Positions 25,778 through 35,647 of a DNA stretch of 61,870 bases are shown piece by piece. The translations under genes were made by a program, and so were the position numbers. The DNA is from Thermodesulfovibrionales bacterium (GTDB lineage Bacteria > Nitrospirota > Thermodesulfovibrionia > Thermodesulfovibrionales > SM23-35), in contig JBAZWR010000003.1 in NCBI GenBank assembly GCA_041660325.1, forward strand, positions 1 to 61,870, read 5' to 3'. Under the pieces are notes generated by a model. It searched no databases, was not told the DNA's origin, and saw only the letters and a program-made list of their open reading frames with translations. The first letter of the stretch is position 1. Every line of letters starts with the position of its first letter.

Positions 25778-27086
25778 CGATTCCGTAACGGTGCAGTTTT
25801 CTGTAAAGGGTCTTCGGGTCTACGCCGAGTATCTCCGCCGCTTTACGTTTTTGACCCTGCACTTCCTGAAAAACCTTCAGGATATGCTCTTTTTCAATAT
25901 CTTCAAGCTTCCTGCCTGAAACCGTCCGGTCCGAAGTAAGATCGGGGGAAAGGTCGCGAGGTTCTATAATGCCGTCGGATGATAAGAACAGAGCCCTGTA
26001 TATTACATTCTGAAGTTCTCTCACATTGCCGGGCCACGCATAATTCAGAAGGATTTCCATTGCCTTATCGCTCAATTTCTTATGCTTGAAATCCGGATTG
26101 CTTTGAATAATATGCCCGATCAATAGCGGTATATCTTCTCTCCTTTCCCTTAGCGGCGGGATACGAAGGGTCAACGCCCCGATACGATAATACAGATCGG
26201 GCCTGAAATTTCCGGTTTCAACGTCCTTCTTGATATCTCTGTTGGTTGCGGAAACAAAACGCATATCGACTTTGATCTCTCTCACACCTCCGACCCTGAA
26301 AAAACTTTCCGTCTCGATTACCCTGAGGAGTTTTCCCTGCAAGCGTTGTGAAAGGTCGCCGATTTCATCAAGGAACAGCGTCCCGTTATTCGCTATTTCG
26401 ATCAACCCCAATTTTTTGGCATGTGCACCGGTAAAGGCCCCCTTCTCATGCCCGAACAATTCGGTCTCGAGCATTGTCTCGGGGATGGCCCCGCAGTTGA
26501 TCGGGATAAAAGGCCCGTCTGCCTTGTTTGAAGAATTATGGATGCTTTTTGCTATTAGTTCTTTTCCGACGCCGCTTTCTCCATAGATAAGCACAGGCAA
26601 GAAAGAAACGGCAATTTTTTTGACCGTTTCGAGGAGCGATAACATGCAGGGACTTTCCGTTATTATATCTTTTGATTTGGACTGGCGTTTTATCTGCGAT
26701 TTCAGGAGGAGATTTTCCATGAGGAGCCGCTTTTTCTCATAAGCCTTTTCAATAATCACCTTCAATTCCTCAATCTGAAAAGGCTTCGTAAGATAATCAT
26801 AAGCGCCCATCTTCATCGCCTCGACTGCGGTAGAAACAGTGGCATGCGCAGTCAGTATTATTACCTCGACAGGTATTTCAAGCTCTTTTATCTTTTCCAG
26901 GACGTCTAAGCCGCCCAAGCCCGGCATATTCAGATCGAGAAGCAGCACGTCATATTCGTTCTTCTCAATCAGTCCGACAGCTTTTATTCCATCATCAGCT
27001 TCGGCAACATTGAACCCTTCCTCAAAAAGTTCATTCGCAAGAACCTTTCTGAGGTTTTTGTCGTCATCTGCAATGATGATCTTCAT
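25770..27086 (-). CDS. NtrC-family sigma-54-dependent response regulator
   Basis: It has a receiver domain, an AAA+ domain (GESGVGKE and the GAFTGA loop), and a C-terminal Fis-type HTH (AAEILGVDPKTLYRKL). Confidence 0.9.
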   Translation of the reverse strand: MKIIIADDDKNLRKVLANELFEEGFNVAEADDGIKAVGLIEKNEYDVLLLDLNMPGLGGLDVLEKIKELEIPVEVIILTAHATVSTAVEAMKMGAYDYLTKPFQIEELKVIIEKAYEKKRLLMENLLLKSQIKRQSKSKDIITESPCMLSLLETVKKIAVSFLPVLIYGESGVGKELIAKSIHNSSNKADGPFIPINCGAIPETMLETELFGHEKGAFTGAHAKKLGLIEIANNGTLFLDEIGDLSQRLQGKLLRVIETESFFRVGGVREIKVDMRFVSATNRDIKKDVETGNFRPDLYYRIGALTLRIPPLRERREDIPLLIGHIIQSNPDFKHKKLSDKAMEILLNYAWPGNVRELQNVIYRALFLSSDGIIEPRDLSPDLTSDRTVSGRKLEDIEKEHILKVFQEVQGQKRKAAEILGVDPKTLYRKLHRYGIDE

Positions 27087-27302
27087 AATGCCATTAATCA
27101 GGCCGAATATTCCCCGGAGAAAAGCAAACCTCTATACTTTCGGCTTTTTTAGCGGTAGATAAAAAATATTCCTGCATATATTATCATACGTTATGGTCCT
27201 GTTTCACCCCTTATTCCAAATATATCATAGTCTCTGCATATCCCTAAAAACGGATTTCGTACCTGACGGGTTGATTTGTGTTAAAATTTAAAGATAAATA
27301 AT

Positions 27303-27932
27303 ATGCGGATTAAACGGCTCATAAGGAATATCAACATGCTCAATGTAGCTCTTTTGACCGGAGCTTTGCTCTTTGCTTCCTATTTTTTCTTTCCGTCGCT
27401 TGACATTACAGCCGGATTTACGCTTCCTGCCGTTAATAAATCCGCCGCGGAAAAAGAAGAAACAGGCACGGAGATTCGAATACCATCGGTAACCGAATAT
27501 GTAAAAATTTCCGAAGAAAACCTTTTTCATCCGGAACGAAAGATTCCCGTCGAGAAAAAAGCCGACCAGCAACAGCAGCCACTGTCAAAGCCTGAATTCG
27601 TCCTTTACGGAACTCTTATAACGGACGACCTTAGACTGGCCTACATAGAAGACCTCAAAGCGCCCAGGAATAGTCCGGGTAGGGGAAAAAGGCAGACAGC
27701 CCTAAAAAAAGGAGACGCCCTGAGCGGATTCACACTAAAAGAGATAGAAGCCGATCAGATCGTTATGGCAAGAGGGGAAGAAAGTATCGCCGTTAAAGTC
27801 CTGGGTGATACAGCCAAAAAAGAGAGAAGCATTCAGACTACGCCCCAGGCCAAAGAAGCGCCGCCGGCGATGCCTGCACGGAAACCCGGAGATATATCCA
27901 GGAAACGTCTCCCCCCGAAGCAGCCGAAGTGA
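27303..27932 (+). CDS. gspC: GspC/PilP-like secretion component
   Basis: An N-terminal transmembrane segment is followed by PEFVLYGTLITDDLRLAYIEDL...GDALSGFTLKEIEADQIVMARGEESIAVKV, an HR-domain-like block. The tail is Pro/Lys-rich and there is no PDZ domain. Confidence 0.5.
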   Translation: MRIKRLIRNINMLNVALLTGALLFASYFFFPSLDITAGFTLPAVNKSAAEKEETGTEIRIPSVTEYVKISEENLFHPERKIPVEKKADQQQQPLSKPEFVLYGTLITDDLRLAYIEDLKAPRNSPGRGKRQTALKKGDALSGFTLKEIEADQIVMARGEESIAVKVLGDTAKKERSIQTTPQAKEAPPAMPARKPGDISRKRLPPKQPK

Positions 27933-27957
27933 TTTCAACCGATAATCAATTTTGACA

Positions 27958-28698
27958 TTACCCGCGATTATTATTTTTCATAGCTGAAGCAAAACAGCTC
28001 AATGCAGGAGATACGGAAATATTCGAGCTTTTGTCTATGAGAACAAATGCTTCCGCATATTTAACGTCCTTCGGCAGGGTTGCGGTCCTGAAGCGGTTCA
28101 GGCCGGTTATCTTTTCAATATAGTCGTTATAATAAACCTCGGTATGATAGCATTCGATTGCATCTATCTTTCTTTTTATTTCATCGGTTATGTCAACCAG
28201 CACATTGGGATAGACAGCCATCAATACTTCATAAAAGACGCAAGATATTTCAAACTTGTCTTTTACCTCCCAGATCAGTCTGAAAGCCGTCCCGTGATCC
28301 GGATGTGCCTCATAGGGAGAGGGAGCATAAATTACCTCGGGATTGAAGTTATTGATAGTATGCTGAAGTCTTTCAGATAACTCCCTGAATAGAGGATTAA
28401 GTTCCCTGTCTCCGTATCCCCAGAATTCATAATCCTCAACGCCGAGAGCGCCCATAGCTTTCAGGGCTGATCTCCTTCGAGTATCCACATACTCCTTTCC
28501 GAATTTGCCAAGGAAATCTCCCTTATCGCCGTTTGTAAGGAATACTACCTTTACCCTGCTTTTTGCCTTGATATGCTTTATTATAGAGCCGCCGCATCCG
28601 AGGGATTCATCGTCAGGGTGAGGCGCTATAATAAGGGCGTCTTTTGAAGAGAAGTCGGTTAAGCAATAGGGATAAATATCCGGTTCATTCAGCGGCAT
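27958..28698 (-). CDS. PIG-L/LmbE-family deacetylase
   Basis: ALIIAPHPDDESLGCGGSIIKH is the family signature. I chose the ATG at 28698; the longer ORF-track start would overlap the divergent neighbouring gene. Confidence 0.8.
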   Translation of the reverse strand: MPLNEPDIYPYCLTDFSSKDALIIAPHPDDESLGCGGSIIKHIKAKSRVKVVFLTNGDKGDFLGKFGKEYVDTRRRSALKAMGALGVEDYEFWGYGDRELNPLFRELSERLQHTINNFNPEVIYAPSPYEAHPDHGTAFRLIWEVKDKFEISCVFYEVLMAVYPNVLVDITDEIKRKIDAIECYHTEVYYNDYIEKITGLNRFRTATLPKDVKYAEAFVLIDKSSNISVSPALSCFASAMKNNNRG

Positions 28699-28840
28699 GG
28701 TATAATTGTAGCACATCTTATGGAACCGTTTATTGTCAGAGCTTATCAGCAGGGCGACGAAGAGAAGATAACCGCGCTTTTCAACCTTGACAGAGACAAT
28801 TCGGGTCATTGTATATTATTCAAACGTGTTTTATAATTCT

Positions 28841-31384
28841 ATGCTTAATAAATTATCGGCAACCGGCATTAGGCAGTGGCTTTTCCATAACCCTGCTATT
28901 CACATACTGCTGATTCTAATCTTCACGCTTATAGCCTATTCCAATAGCTTCCATGTGCCTTTTCAGTTTGATGATCTCAGAGAGATCTCAGGGGATCATG
29001 CAATCAAAAATCTCAAACACTTTATCAATCTTTCAACTCACGGCACAAGATACATGACATATCTTTCGTTTGCGGTGAACTATGCGTTGCATGGTCTGGA
29101 TGTCGTCGGTTATCACATATTTAACCTTGTGATTCATCTCACCAATGCCCTTTTTGTCTACGGGCTTATTATTCTGAGTTTCAAAACCCCGATCTTGAAA
29201 GAGTCTTCTCTAAAAGATTCTTCAAAATTGATAGCGCTTTTTTCCGCCCTCTTTTTTGCCTGCCATCCTGTTCAAACACAGGCGGTCACTTACATCGTTC
29301 AGAGGTTGGCGTCACTGGCAACATTCTTTTATTTATTCAGCATCGTTTCCTATGCTAAGGCAAGGCTCTCTATGCAGGATGACCGACCGAAAAGGAAATC
29401 ACTACTGTGGTATGGAGTGTCACTTTTTTCTGCCGTGCTTGCCATGAAGACAAAGGAGATATCTTTCACCCTTCCGGTGGTCATCGCTGTCTATGAGTTC
29501 ATGTTCTTCAAGGCAGGAATTAAGAAAAGGACACTATACCTCCTGCCTATGTTGCTGACTATGCTCATCATTCCGCTGAGCCTTGTCAATATATCCAAAC
29601 CTTTGGGAGATGTAATAGGGGATGTCAGTAATGCAGCAAGGATGCAGACGGATGTTTCGCGGTGGGATTACCTTCTTACTCAGTTTAGGGTCATCACAAC
29701 TTACACCCGGCTCATTTTTCTGCCTGTAAACCAGAACCTTAATTATGATTATCCTATATCTCGTTCTCTCTTTAACCCACAGGTCTTTCTTTCCTTCCTG
29801 TTCCTTTTGTCGATCTTAATTCTCGGCGTCTATCTTTTCTTCCGTTACAGGAAGAGCGCGCCGCATGCAACACTTATCTCCTTTGGTATTTTCTGGTTTT
29901 TTATAACCTTGTCGGTAGAATCAAGTGTCATCCCCATTTCTGACGTGATCTTTGAGCACAGGCTATATCTTCCGTCAGTCGGTCTCTTCATTGCACTTGT
30001 TACATCGGTCATCTCGATGGAAAACAGAATAAAAGTTGCAATGCCGTCTGCAGGAAAGGTAATTATGCCAATATTAATTGTAATGGTGATTGTCCTTTCA
30101 GGCGTGACAATTCACAGAAACACAATCTGGAGGGATAAGATGACACTCTGGTCGGACGTAGTAAGGAAATCTCCCGATCTGGCCGGTCCTCGTAATAATC
30201 TTGGAAATGCTTTTGAAGAAAAAGGGTTAACAGACAAGGCGATTGAACAATATCAAATTGTATTGGCCCGGTATCCAAATGATCCGAGAGCCCATGAAAA
30301 TCTGGGGGTCGCCTTTTTCAAGCAGGGACTCATGGATAAAGCCATTGAAGAGTTACAGACTACTATTAAATTACGGCCCGATTATTATGATGCCTACTAT
30401 AATATGGGCCTTGTATTTTTCCGGAAGGGATGGATTGAGAAAGCAATCGGACAGTATGAAGCAGCCTTGAGAATAAAACCGAAATTCGCACCGGCCTATG
30501 TCAATCTGGGAATTGCTTATGGCTACATGGGCTCAATTGACAAGGCTGTCAACTATCTTGAGACAGCCGTAAACCTGGAGCCTCATCTTGCTGAAGCCCA
30601 TAATAACCTGGGAACAGCTTATGGGAAGTTAGGTTCTCCGGACAAGGCAATCGAGCATATCCGGATAGCCGTCAAATTACGGCCTGATTATGCGAATGCT
30701 CAGTACAATCTGGGGAAGGCGTACACTGCATCAGGCTCACCAGAGAAGGCGATCGAACATCTCCGGATAGCGGTTAATCTGCAGCCTGATTATGCAGATG
30801 CTCAGAATGACCTGGGGAAGGCATATATTGCATCAGGTTCCATAGACAAAGCAATTGAGCATCTTCAGGCGGCGGTAAAATTGCAGCCTGATCTCGCCGA
30901 AGCACATAAGTATTTAGGGGATGCCCTTTACATAAAAGGTTTGATTGATGAAGCTATTGAACAATTCCAGAGTGCCGTTAATTTAAAACCCGATTTCGTT
31001 GAAGCGCATAAGAACATGGGAGATGCCTTTTTCAGAAAAGGCTTATTAGACCCGGCGATCAAACAATACCGGATTGTCTTAAGATTAAACCCCAAATCTG
31101 TTGATGCTCGTTATAATTTAGGTGTAACATTGTACAATAAAGGGTTGGCAGAAAAAGCAATTGAGCATTTCCAGGCAGTCTTGGGATTACGGCCCGAATT
31201 TGCTGAAGCCCATAACAGTCTTGGAACAGCCTATTTAAAGTCGGGAGCCATAGAGAAAGCAACCGATCAATTTCAAATGGCTGTAAAACTGAACCCGGGT
31301 AATTCACTATTTATTAACAACTTGAGTAATGCGTATAATATTAAGAACCGGGCTGAAAAATCAAAGAGTGGTTTAACCAAATAG
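28841..31384 (+). CDS. TMTC-like GT-C membrane glycosyltransferase fused to about 11-12 TPR repeats
   Basis: The N-terminus is polytopic with the first-loop motif FHVPFQFDD. The C-terminal approximately 400 aa are consecutive 34-aa TPRs of the pattern A..N.G.A....G....AI..... The start could instead be the TTG at 28787. Confidence 0.7.
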   Translation: MLNKLSATGIRQWLFHNPAIHILLILIFTLIAYSNSFHVPFQFDDLREISGDHAIKNLKHFINLSTHGTRYMTYLSFAVNYALHGLDVVGYHIFNLVIHLTNALFVYGLIILSFKTPILKESSLKDSSKLIALFSALFFACHPVQTQAVTYIVQRLASLATFFYLFSIVSYAKARLSMQDDRPKRKSLLWYGVSLFSAVLAMKTKEISFTLPVVIAVYEFMFFKAGIKKRTLYLLPMLLTMLIIPLSLVNISKPLGDVIGDVSNAARMQTDVSRWDYLLTQFRVITTYTRLIFLPVNQNLNYDYPISRSLFNPQVFLSFLFLLSILILGVYLFFRYRKSAPHATLISFGIFWFFITLSVESSVIPISDVIFEHRLYLPSVGLFIALVTSVISMENRIKVAMPSAGKVIMPILIVMVIVLSGVTIHRNTIWRDKMTLWSDVVRKSPDLAGPRNNLGNAFEEKGLTDKAIEQYQIVLARYPNDPRAHENLGVAFFKQGLMDKAIEELQTTIKLRPDYYDAYYNMGLVFFRKGWIEKAIGQYEAALRIKPKFAPAYVNLGIAYGYMGSIDKAVNYLETAVNLEPHLAEAHNNLGTAYGKLGSPDKAIEHIRIAVKLRPDYANAQYNLGKAYTASGSPEKAIEHLRIAVNLQPDYADAQNDLGKAYIASGSIDKAIEHLQAAVKLQPDLAEAHKYLGDALYIKGLIDEAIEQFQSAVNLKPDFVEAHKNMGDAFFRKGLLDPAIKQYRIVLRLNPKSVDARYNLGVTLYNKGLAEKAIEHFQAVLGLRPEFAEAHNSLGTAYLKSGAIEKATDQFQMAVKLNPGNSLFINNLSNAYNIKNRAEKSKSGLTK
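30641..30946 (+). repeat. Three tandem 102-bp units (near-identical TPRs) inside the TMTC-like gene
   Basis: The units begin at 30641, 30743 and 30845. The encoded repeats are DKAIEHIRIAVKLRPDYANAQYNLGKAYTASGSP, EKAIEHLRIAVNLQPDYADAQNDLGKAYIASGSI and DKAIEHLQAAVKLQPDLAEAHKYLG.... Confidence 0.6.
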
Positions 31385-31421
31385 AGGTCCTCATCTTCTT
31401 ATCGGGTGGTGCACAGATGGG

Positions 31422-32372
31422 TCAACTCACATCATAGTCTCCCATCCTGTAGTTATAGTTCTCAAACAGAAACACCGAATCTATCTCATTATTTATTATC
31501 TTAAAAATATAGGGCATGCCCTTTTCTTGAGTGAACCCGTAACCAATTAAATTACGAAAGACTTCTTCGTTGGGATTGACCCATAAATTTATACTTTGAA
31601 GACCATGTTTTACGGCTACATTCTCAAACAATCTAAAAAGAACCTTTATATCAAATTGTTGCACGCAGAAAAAGTCCAGGATTGACAGCTCAGTCTCATT
31701 GACGGAAAACACGGCAAAGGCTTTAGGCGTTTTCTTATATCGCCCCCGCACAATTAATGGTTCGTATCTTTTGACCGGGTTGTGTTTATACCGCCAGAAG
31801 ATATAGTTGCTGTTCTTCACAATGGAAAGGCCCTGGCTGTCCTTTGTCTCTTCCCACAAGCAGTCAATCTCATTTCCCTTTATGAAATCCCATCCTTTCT
31901 CTATCTTTAATAATGGATTTCCTATATGCATGAACCGGGATACTCTTTTATGCAAGACTGATACATAATCGTGTTTCGTATAACCGAGTTGTTTTGTACC
32001 GAGGATGGCATGTCTTTCCGACGGAAAACCAAAGGCAAAATCCATATGATTAACTTCGTAAAAATTCTCACCGGCCCTTATCATTGCCCCTCTCTTAGAA
32101 AAAATTCTTGCCCTGTAGTTAGGACGTGTCATGACATCGCAGGGCTGAAAGACATCAAAGGTTTTACCTTTATAATAAAATTTTGTTCCCAGCCCGCCAT
32201 AATGAGCGACAATGCTATCACCATCCACAGCAATCACGGCAGTGCTCGCCCAGGGCGAGTCTTTGTACTTCCAGGCCCATTCCTCATGGGACAAATCTTT
32301 AACAAAACATAGAGCAAACAGGTTTCTTATAGCGTCTTCGTCCTCCGGTGTAAATGTTCTCACCACTATCAT
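31422..32372 (-). CDS. GNAT-like acyl/acetyltransferase (possibly FemAB-like two-lobed)
   Basis: 316 aa. The N-terminus IVVRTFTPEDEDAIRNLFALCF is typical of GNAT proteins. The call rests on general resemblance only. Confidence 0.55.
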   Translation of the reverse strand: MIVVRTFTPEDEDAIRNLFALCFVKDLSHEEWAWKYKDSPWASTAVIAVDGDSIVAHYGGLGTKFYYKGKTFDVFQPCDVMTRPNYRARIFSKRGAMIRAGENFYEVNHMDFAFGFPSERHAILGTKQLGYTKHDYVSVLHKRVSRFMHIGNPLLKIEKGWDFIKGNEIDCLWEETKDSQGLSIVKNSNYIFWRYKHNPVKRYEPLIVRGRYKKTPKAFAVFSVNETELSILDFFCVQQFDIKVLFRLFENVAVKHGLQSINLWVNPNEEVFRNLIGYGFTQEKGMPYIFKIINNEIDSVFLFENYNYRMGDYDVS

Positions 32373-32402
32373 TTGTTCAACCTCATTCCGGAAAAGTGTT
32401 AA

Positions 32403-34787
32403 TTATTGTATGTAAAAATACATTTTATTAAAGGCTATTCCCATAAGCTGCTCCGGCATTCCCTTATTTTGCATATATTGCAAGTATACTTCTTTATCAG
32501 TCAGGGATGAAAGAGGGCTTTTCTCCTTAAACCAAAAGCTCAGTTTGTTTAACCCGTTTCTCGGGCAAATCTCATCATTGAAAGGCACATTAATTGAATT
32601 CCAGCCCTTATGAAGCGGAACTGTCGCAACAAAAAGCCCCTTATCTCCATAAGAAAAAAGATTCGAATTCATCACCATAGTCATAGCTTCCTCGGGATTA
32701 AAATTATAGAGTCTTATACTCATACCTTTCATGGGTTTGGTTCCATCACGCAAAAAGGTTATCTCGGCATTCGGCATATCATATTCGACCGGTTTTTTGT
32801 CTTTGGAAAACCTGAATTTCTGCTTATCAAAAGGGATAGATCCGGTGTCACGAAGCACCCAGCAAACTGTCGAACCATATAAAGTCATAGGAGATGAGAA
32901 ACCGAACACCAGATGGCTGTTGGACTCAACCCCGCCGAAATCAATCTTGTCTGTATTCAAAATATCTTCGAGATTATCATTGTCACGATATAGTAATAAA
33001 CCGCCCTTAACAAGCGGCTGTATCCGCGTAAATCCCCTGACAGGGAGGACATATTCGTTTAATCTCGCGTAGGCATGATAGGAAATAGGAACACGGAAAT
33101 TAGCATGCCTCGCAAAAACATCAAAGTGTGAAAAATATATAGCATTGATCTTAAGTCCATACCTTTTCATAAGAAGGTATATCTCATCAGCGTATTCCGG
33201 GACAGGTACCGATGGTCTTCTCGAGAACCAGGCAGTGTTCCATGGATGGGTCGTCAAGATAATGCTGTCGGATGCCGTAGTATCTTCTATTTTCCTGAGG
33301 ACAGCAGGGTCCTCGGCAGTATATGCCTCAATGTCCCACATTTTGTAACGACTGTTCATCCATATCAGCGATGAAAAAACCAACAGCAAAAAACAGTATA
33401 AAGCGACTAATATCAAGCGCTTTTTCATAACACTTGTCAATACCAATACAACTGTAAAACCGATTATCCATATGCATACATTCATCGGGAGCTTGTCATA
33501 GCCGTTCAAAGACAGCGGGACAATGCAAGCGGTTAAGGAAAGACATACCAGCTCTTTCAGCCCGCCCCTTTGAGCAAGTGCCGGCCCGGGATTTACCTTA
33601 AAGGCCGGAATGAATTTTATACCTGTGTTATACCATTCATACACCGTCTTGGCTACAATAATTATTAGAGGAACAAACAGAAACTGAATATAACGTATGT
33701 TCAGACCTAAAGGCGCTATCAAGCAAATATGCAGGATAAAAGTAATGACAAAGAGCATCGCCAAAACTTTTATTTTCATATCAAGCGGCCGCTGTATTAA
33801 TCCAACTGCAAGGGGAATCCACCACCAGAAACTCCCCCTGAACCCAAAAAGTCCGGGTAGTGTATATTTCCGGATGTACATAAAAGACCTCGCAAAGAAG
33901 TCTGCAGGATAAGACAATAAATATGTAAGCGGTTTTTCTACGTCAATCCCATATTGCAATTTGTACCAGACGCTCATATATTTAGAAACAATGCTGTTCT
34001 CAACAAATTGAAAATACGAATTGCTGCTAAAAAAAGGAGTACCCAGAGTCACTGAATTATAGAAGATAAACGGCAAGATAGGAATTATAAAACCTAATGT
34101 ATATAATAATACTTCTTTCACTATGAGTTTCTTTTTGAAGTAAATAATGATCAGATAAACAAAGAACAATATGGCGCCTTCATTAAACCTGTTGAGGAAT
34201 GACAGACCTAATACAGCACCCGTGACAAAAGGCATGATTTTTTGACCCCTATCCCATGCAAGAAAAGCTATGAGCGATATGGTAAAAAAGAATATATCCG
34301 CACTATCGTTCTTGCTAAGCATTGTAGACAGAAGACCGTCATTTGTTATGAAGATGAAAGAAGCAATAAATGCAATAATACCGTTCTGAAACAAAATGTA
34401 TGTCAAGGCAAAAACAGCCGTCACCGACAAAAGATGAAAGATCGAAGGATATAAGAAATCCGCAACAAAGTGAGTTGCTCCAAAGACCTTAAACAAGGCC
34501 GCTATACTCAAAATCGGCAGCGGGAACCTGTATGTGTTTTTCCATGGCGGGCCTTCAGACAGCCATCCTTTTTTATCGTAAAGCGCCACTTCATAAAGAC
34601 TGAGCGAATTTGTCTTATAGCCGTCACCCTCTATAATATTTCTGGCCACCTGTGCTGAGGCAAGGTTATCAACACTGATAACCAGATAATGGTTGGAGAA
34701 ATAGGTCATCTTCCATGATAAAGATATGAACATAATCTCAATCAATACCGTCGCAAGAAACAGCAAAACTGTCTTTCCGAGTTTCAT
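32403..34787 (-). CDS. PMT/ArnT-like GT-C family membrane glycosyltransferase with a large C-terminal soluble domain
   Basis: 794 aa with more than 10 predicted transmembrane segments. The first loop, SVDNLASAQVARNIIEGDGYKT, resembles the PMT_2/ArnT family. Confidence 0.6.
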   Translation of the reverse strand: MKLGKTVLLFLATVLIEIMFISLSWKMTYFSNHYLVISVDNLASAQVARNIIEGDGYKTNSLSLYEVALYDKKGWLSEGPPWKNTYRFPLPILSIAALFKVFGATHFVADFLYPSIFHLLSVTAVFALTYILFQNGIIAFIASFIFITNDGLLSTMLSKNDSADIFFFTISLIAFLAWDRGQKIMPFVTGAVLGLSFLNRFNEGAILFFVYLIIIYFKKKLIVKEVLLYTLGFIIPILPFIFYNSVTLGTPFFSSNSYFQFVENSIVSKYMSVWYKLQYGIDVEKPLTYLLSYPADFFARSFMYIRKYTLPGLFGFRGSFWWWIPLAVGLIQRPLDMKIKVLAMLFVITFILHICLIAPLGLNIRYIQFLFVPLIIIVAKTVYEWYNTGIKFIPAFKVNPGPALAQRGGLKELVCLSLTACIVPLSLNGYDKLPMNVCIWIIGFTVVLVLTSVMKKRLILVALYCFLLLVFSSLIWMNSRYKMWDIEAYTAEDPAVLRKIEDTTASDSIILTTHPWNTAWFSRRPSVPVPEYADEIYLLMKRYGLKINAIYFSHFDVFARHANFRVPISYHAYARLNEYVLPVRGFTRIQPLVKGGLLLYRDNDNLEDILNTDKIDFGGVESNSHLVFGFSSPMTLYGSTVCWVLRDTGSIPFDKQKFRFSKDKKPVEYDMPNAEITFLRDGTKPMKGMSIRLYNFNPEEAMTMVMNSNLFSYGDKGLFVATVPLHKGWNSINVPFNDEICPRNGLNKLSFWFKEKSPLSSLTDKEVYLQYMQNKGMPEQLMGIAFNKMYFYIQ

Positions 34788-35647
34788 ATTTTTCGCGCGA
34801 AGACAACCATTTCTGAAAAGAACGCTAACGGATATTCCAAGAGTCTCCGGGGAGATAAAGCTTTGAGTATTTCTAATCCTTTCGTTTCGAGGCTGTTAGG
34901 CCGAAATTTTCTGTAATGGTTTATTATATAGTTTAAGGTTAAATACCTGATTCCTGTTTTACTTCCGAGATCATCAAACCCGATACTGATAAGTAATCGC
35001 TTCAATGTGCGGGGTGAGTAATAGTAAAGGTGTTCCACCTTATAATGAGGCCATCTATTTCTTAATACATGCGCTGTTAAGGAAGAGCAATCCGGTGTAA
35101 CAAGCAGTAATAGTCCGCTTTTTTTTAGTATCCTCTTGCATTCCTGAAGCCATTCCCCGGGCTCTGAAATATGTTCGAGAACATCTACAGCAGTAATCAA
35201 ATCAAAAGATTCTTTCGGGAAAGCCGCATCCTCCAACGTGCCTTTTCTCACTTTATAGCCAAGCTTAACTGCAACATCTGCAGCCGGCGATATTTCAATC
35301 CCATGGGAATCATAGCCTGCAGACCTTGCTGCTTCTATCATATAACCGAAGGCACATCCAATATCCAAATGGTATCGGTTACCGGAAGTCAATATGAGCC
35401 TATTTACCTCGTTTATGAGCCTCTTACACGTTTTAAGTTTCAGGTTAAAAGCATCCTGGAAATGATCCATTCCATAAATATCATAATATTCTTCGTTATA
35501 TATATTTTGGATTCCTTCTCTTGTGGGAGGAGGCAATATCGCTTGAAGCCCGCATGCACATTTGGCTATCTGTTTGCCTTCATCAATCCCGAATATTTTC
35601 TGATATCCGTCTTTCTTCCCGCAGACCGGACAAGGGTTTAAACTCAT
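34784..35647 (-). CDS. Class I SAM-dependent methyltransferase with an N-terminal zinc ribbon
   Basis: It has CPVCGKK...CACG, the SAM motif I HLDIGCAFG, and FDLITAVDVLEHI. A GGGGAGAG Shine-Dalgarno sequence lies upstream. Confidence 0.8.
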   Translation of the reverse strand: MSLNPCPVCGKKDGYQKIFGIDEGKQIAKCACGLQAILPPPTREGIQNIYNEEYYDIYGMDHFQDAFNLKLKTCKRLINEVNRLILTSGNRYHLDIGCAFGYMIEAARSAGYDSHGIEISPAADVAVKLGYKVRKGTLEDAAFPKESFDLITAVDVLEHISEPGEWLQECKRILKKSGLLLLVTPDCSSLTAHVLRNRWPHYKVEHLYYYSPRTLKRLLISIGFDDLGSKTGIRYLTLNYIINHYRKFRPNSLETKGLEILKALSPRRLLEYPLAFFSEMVVFARKI

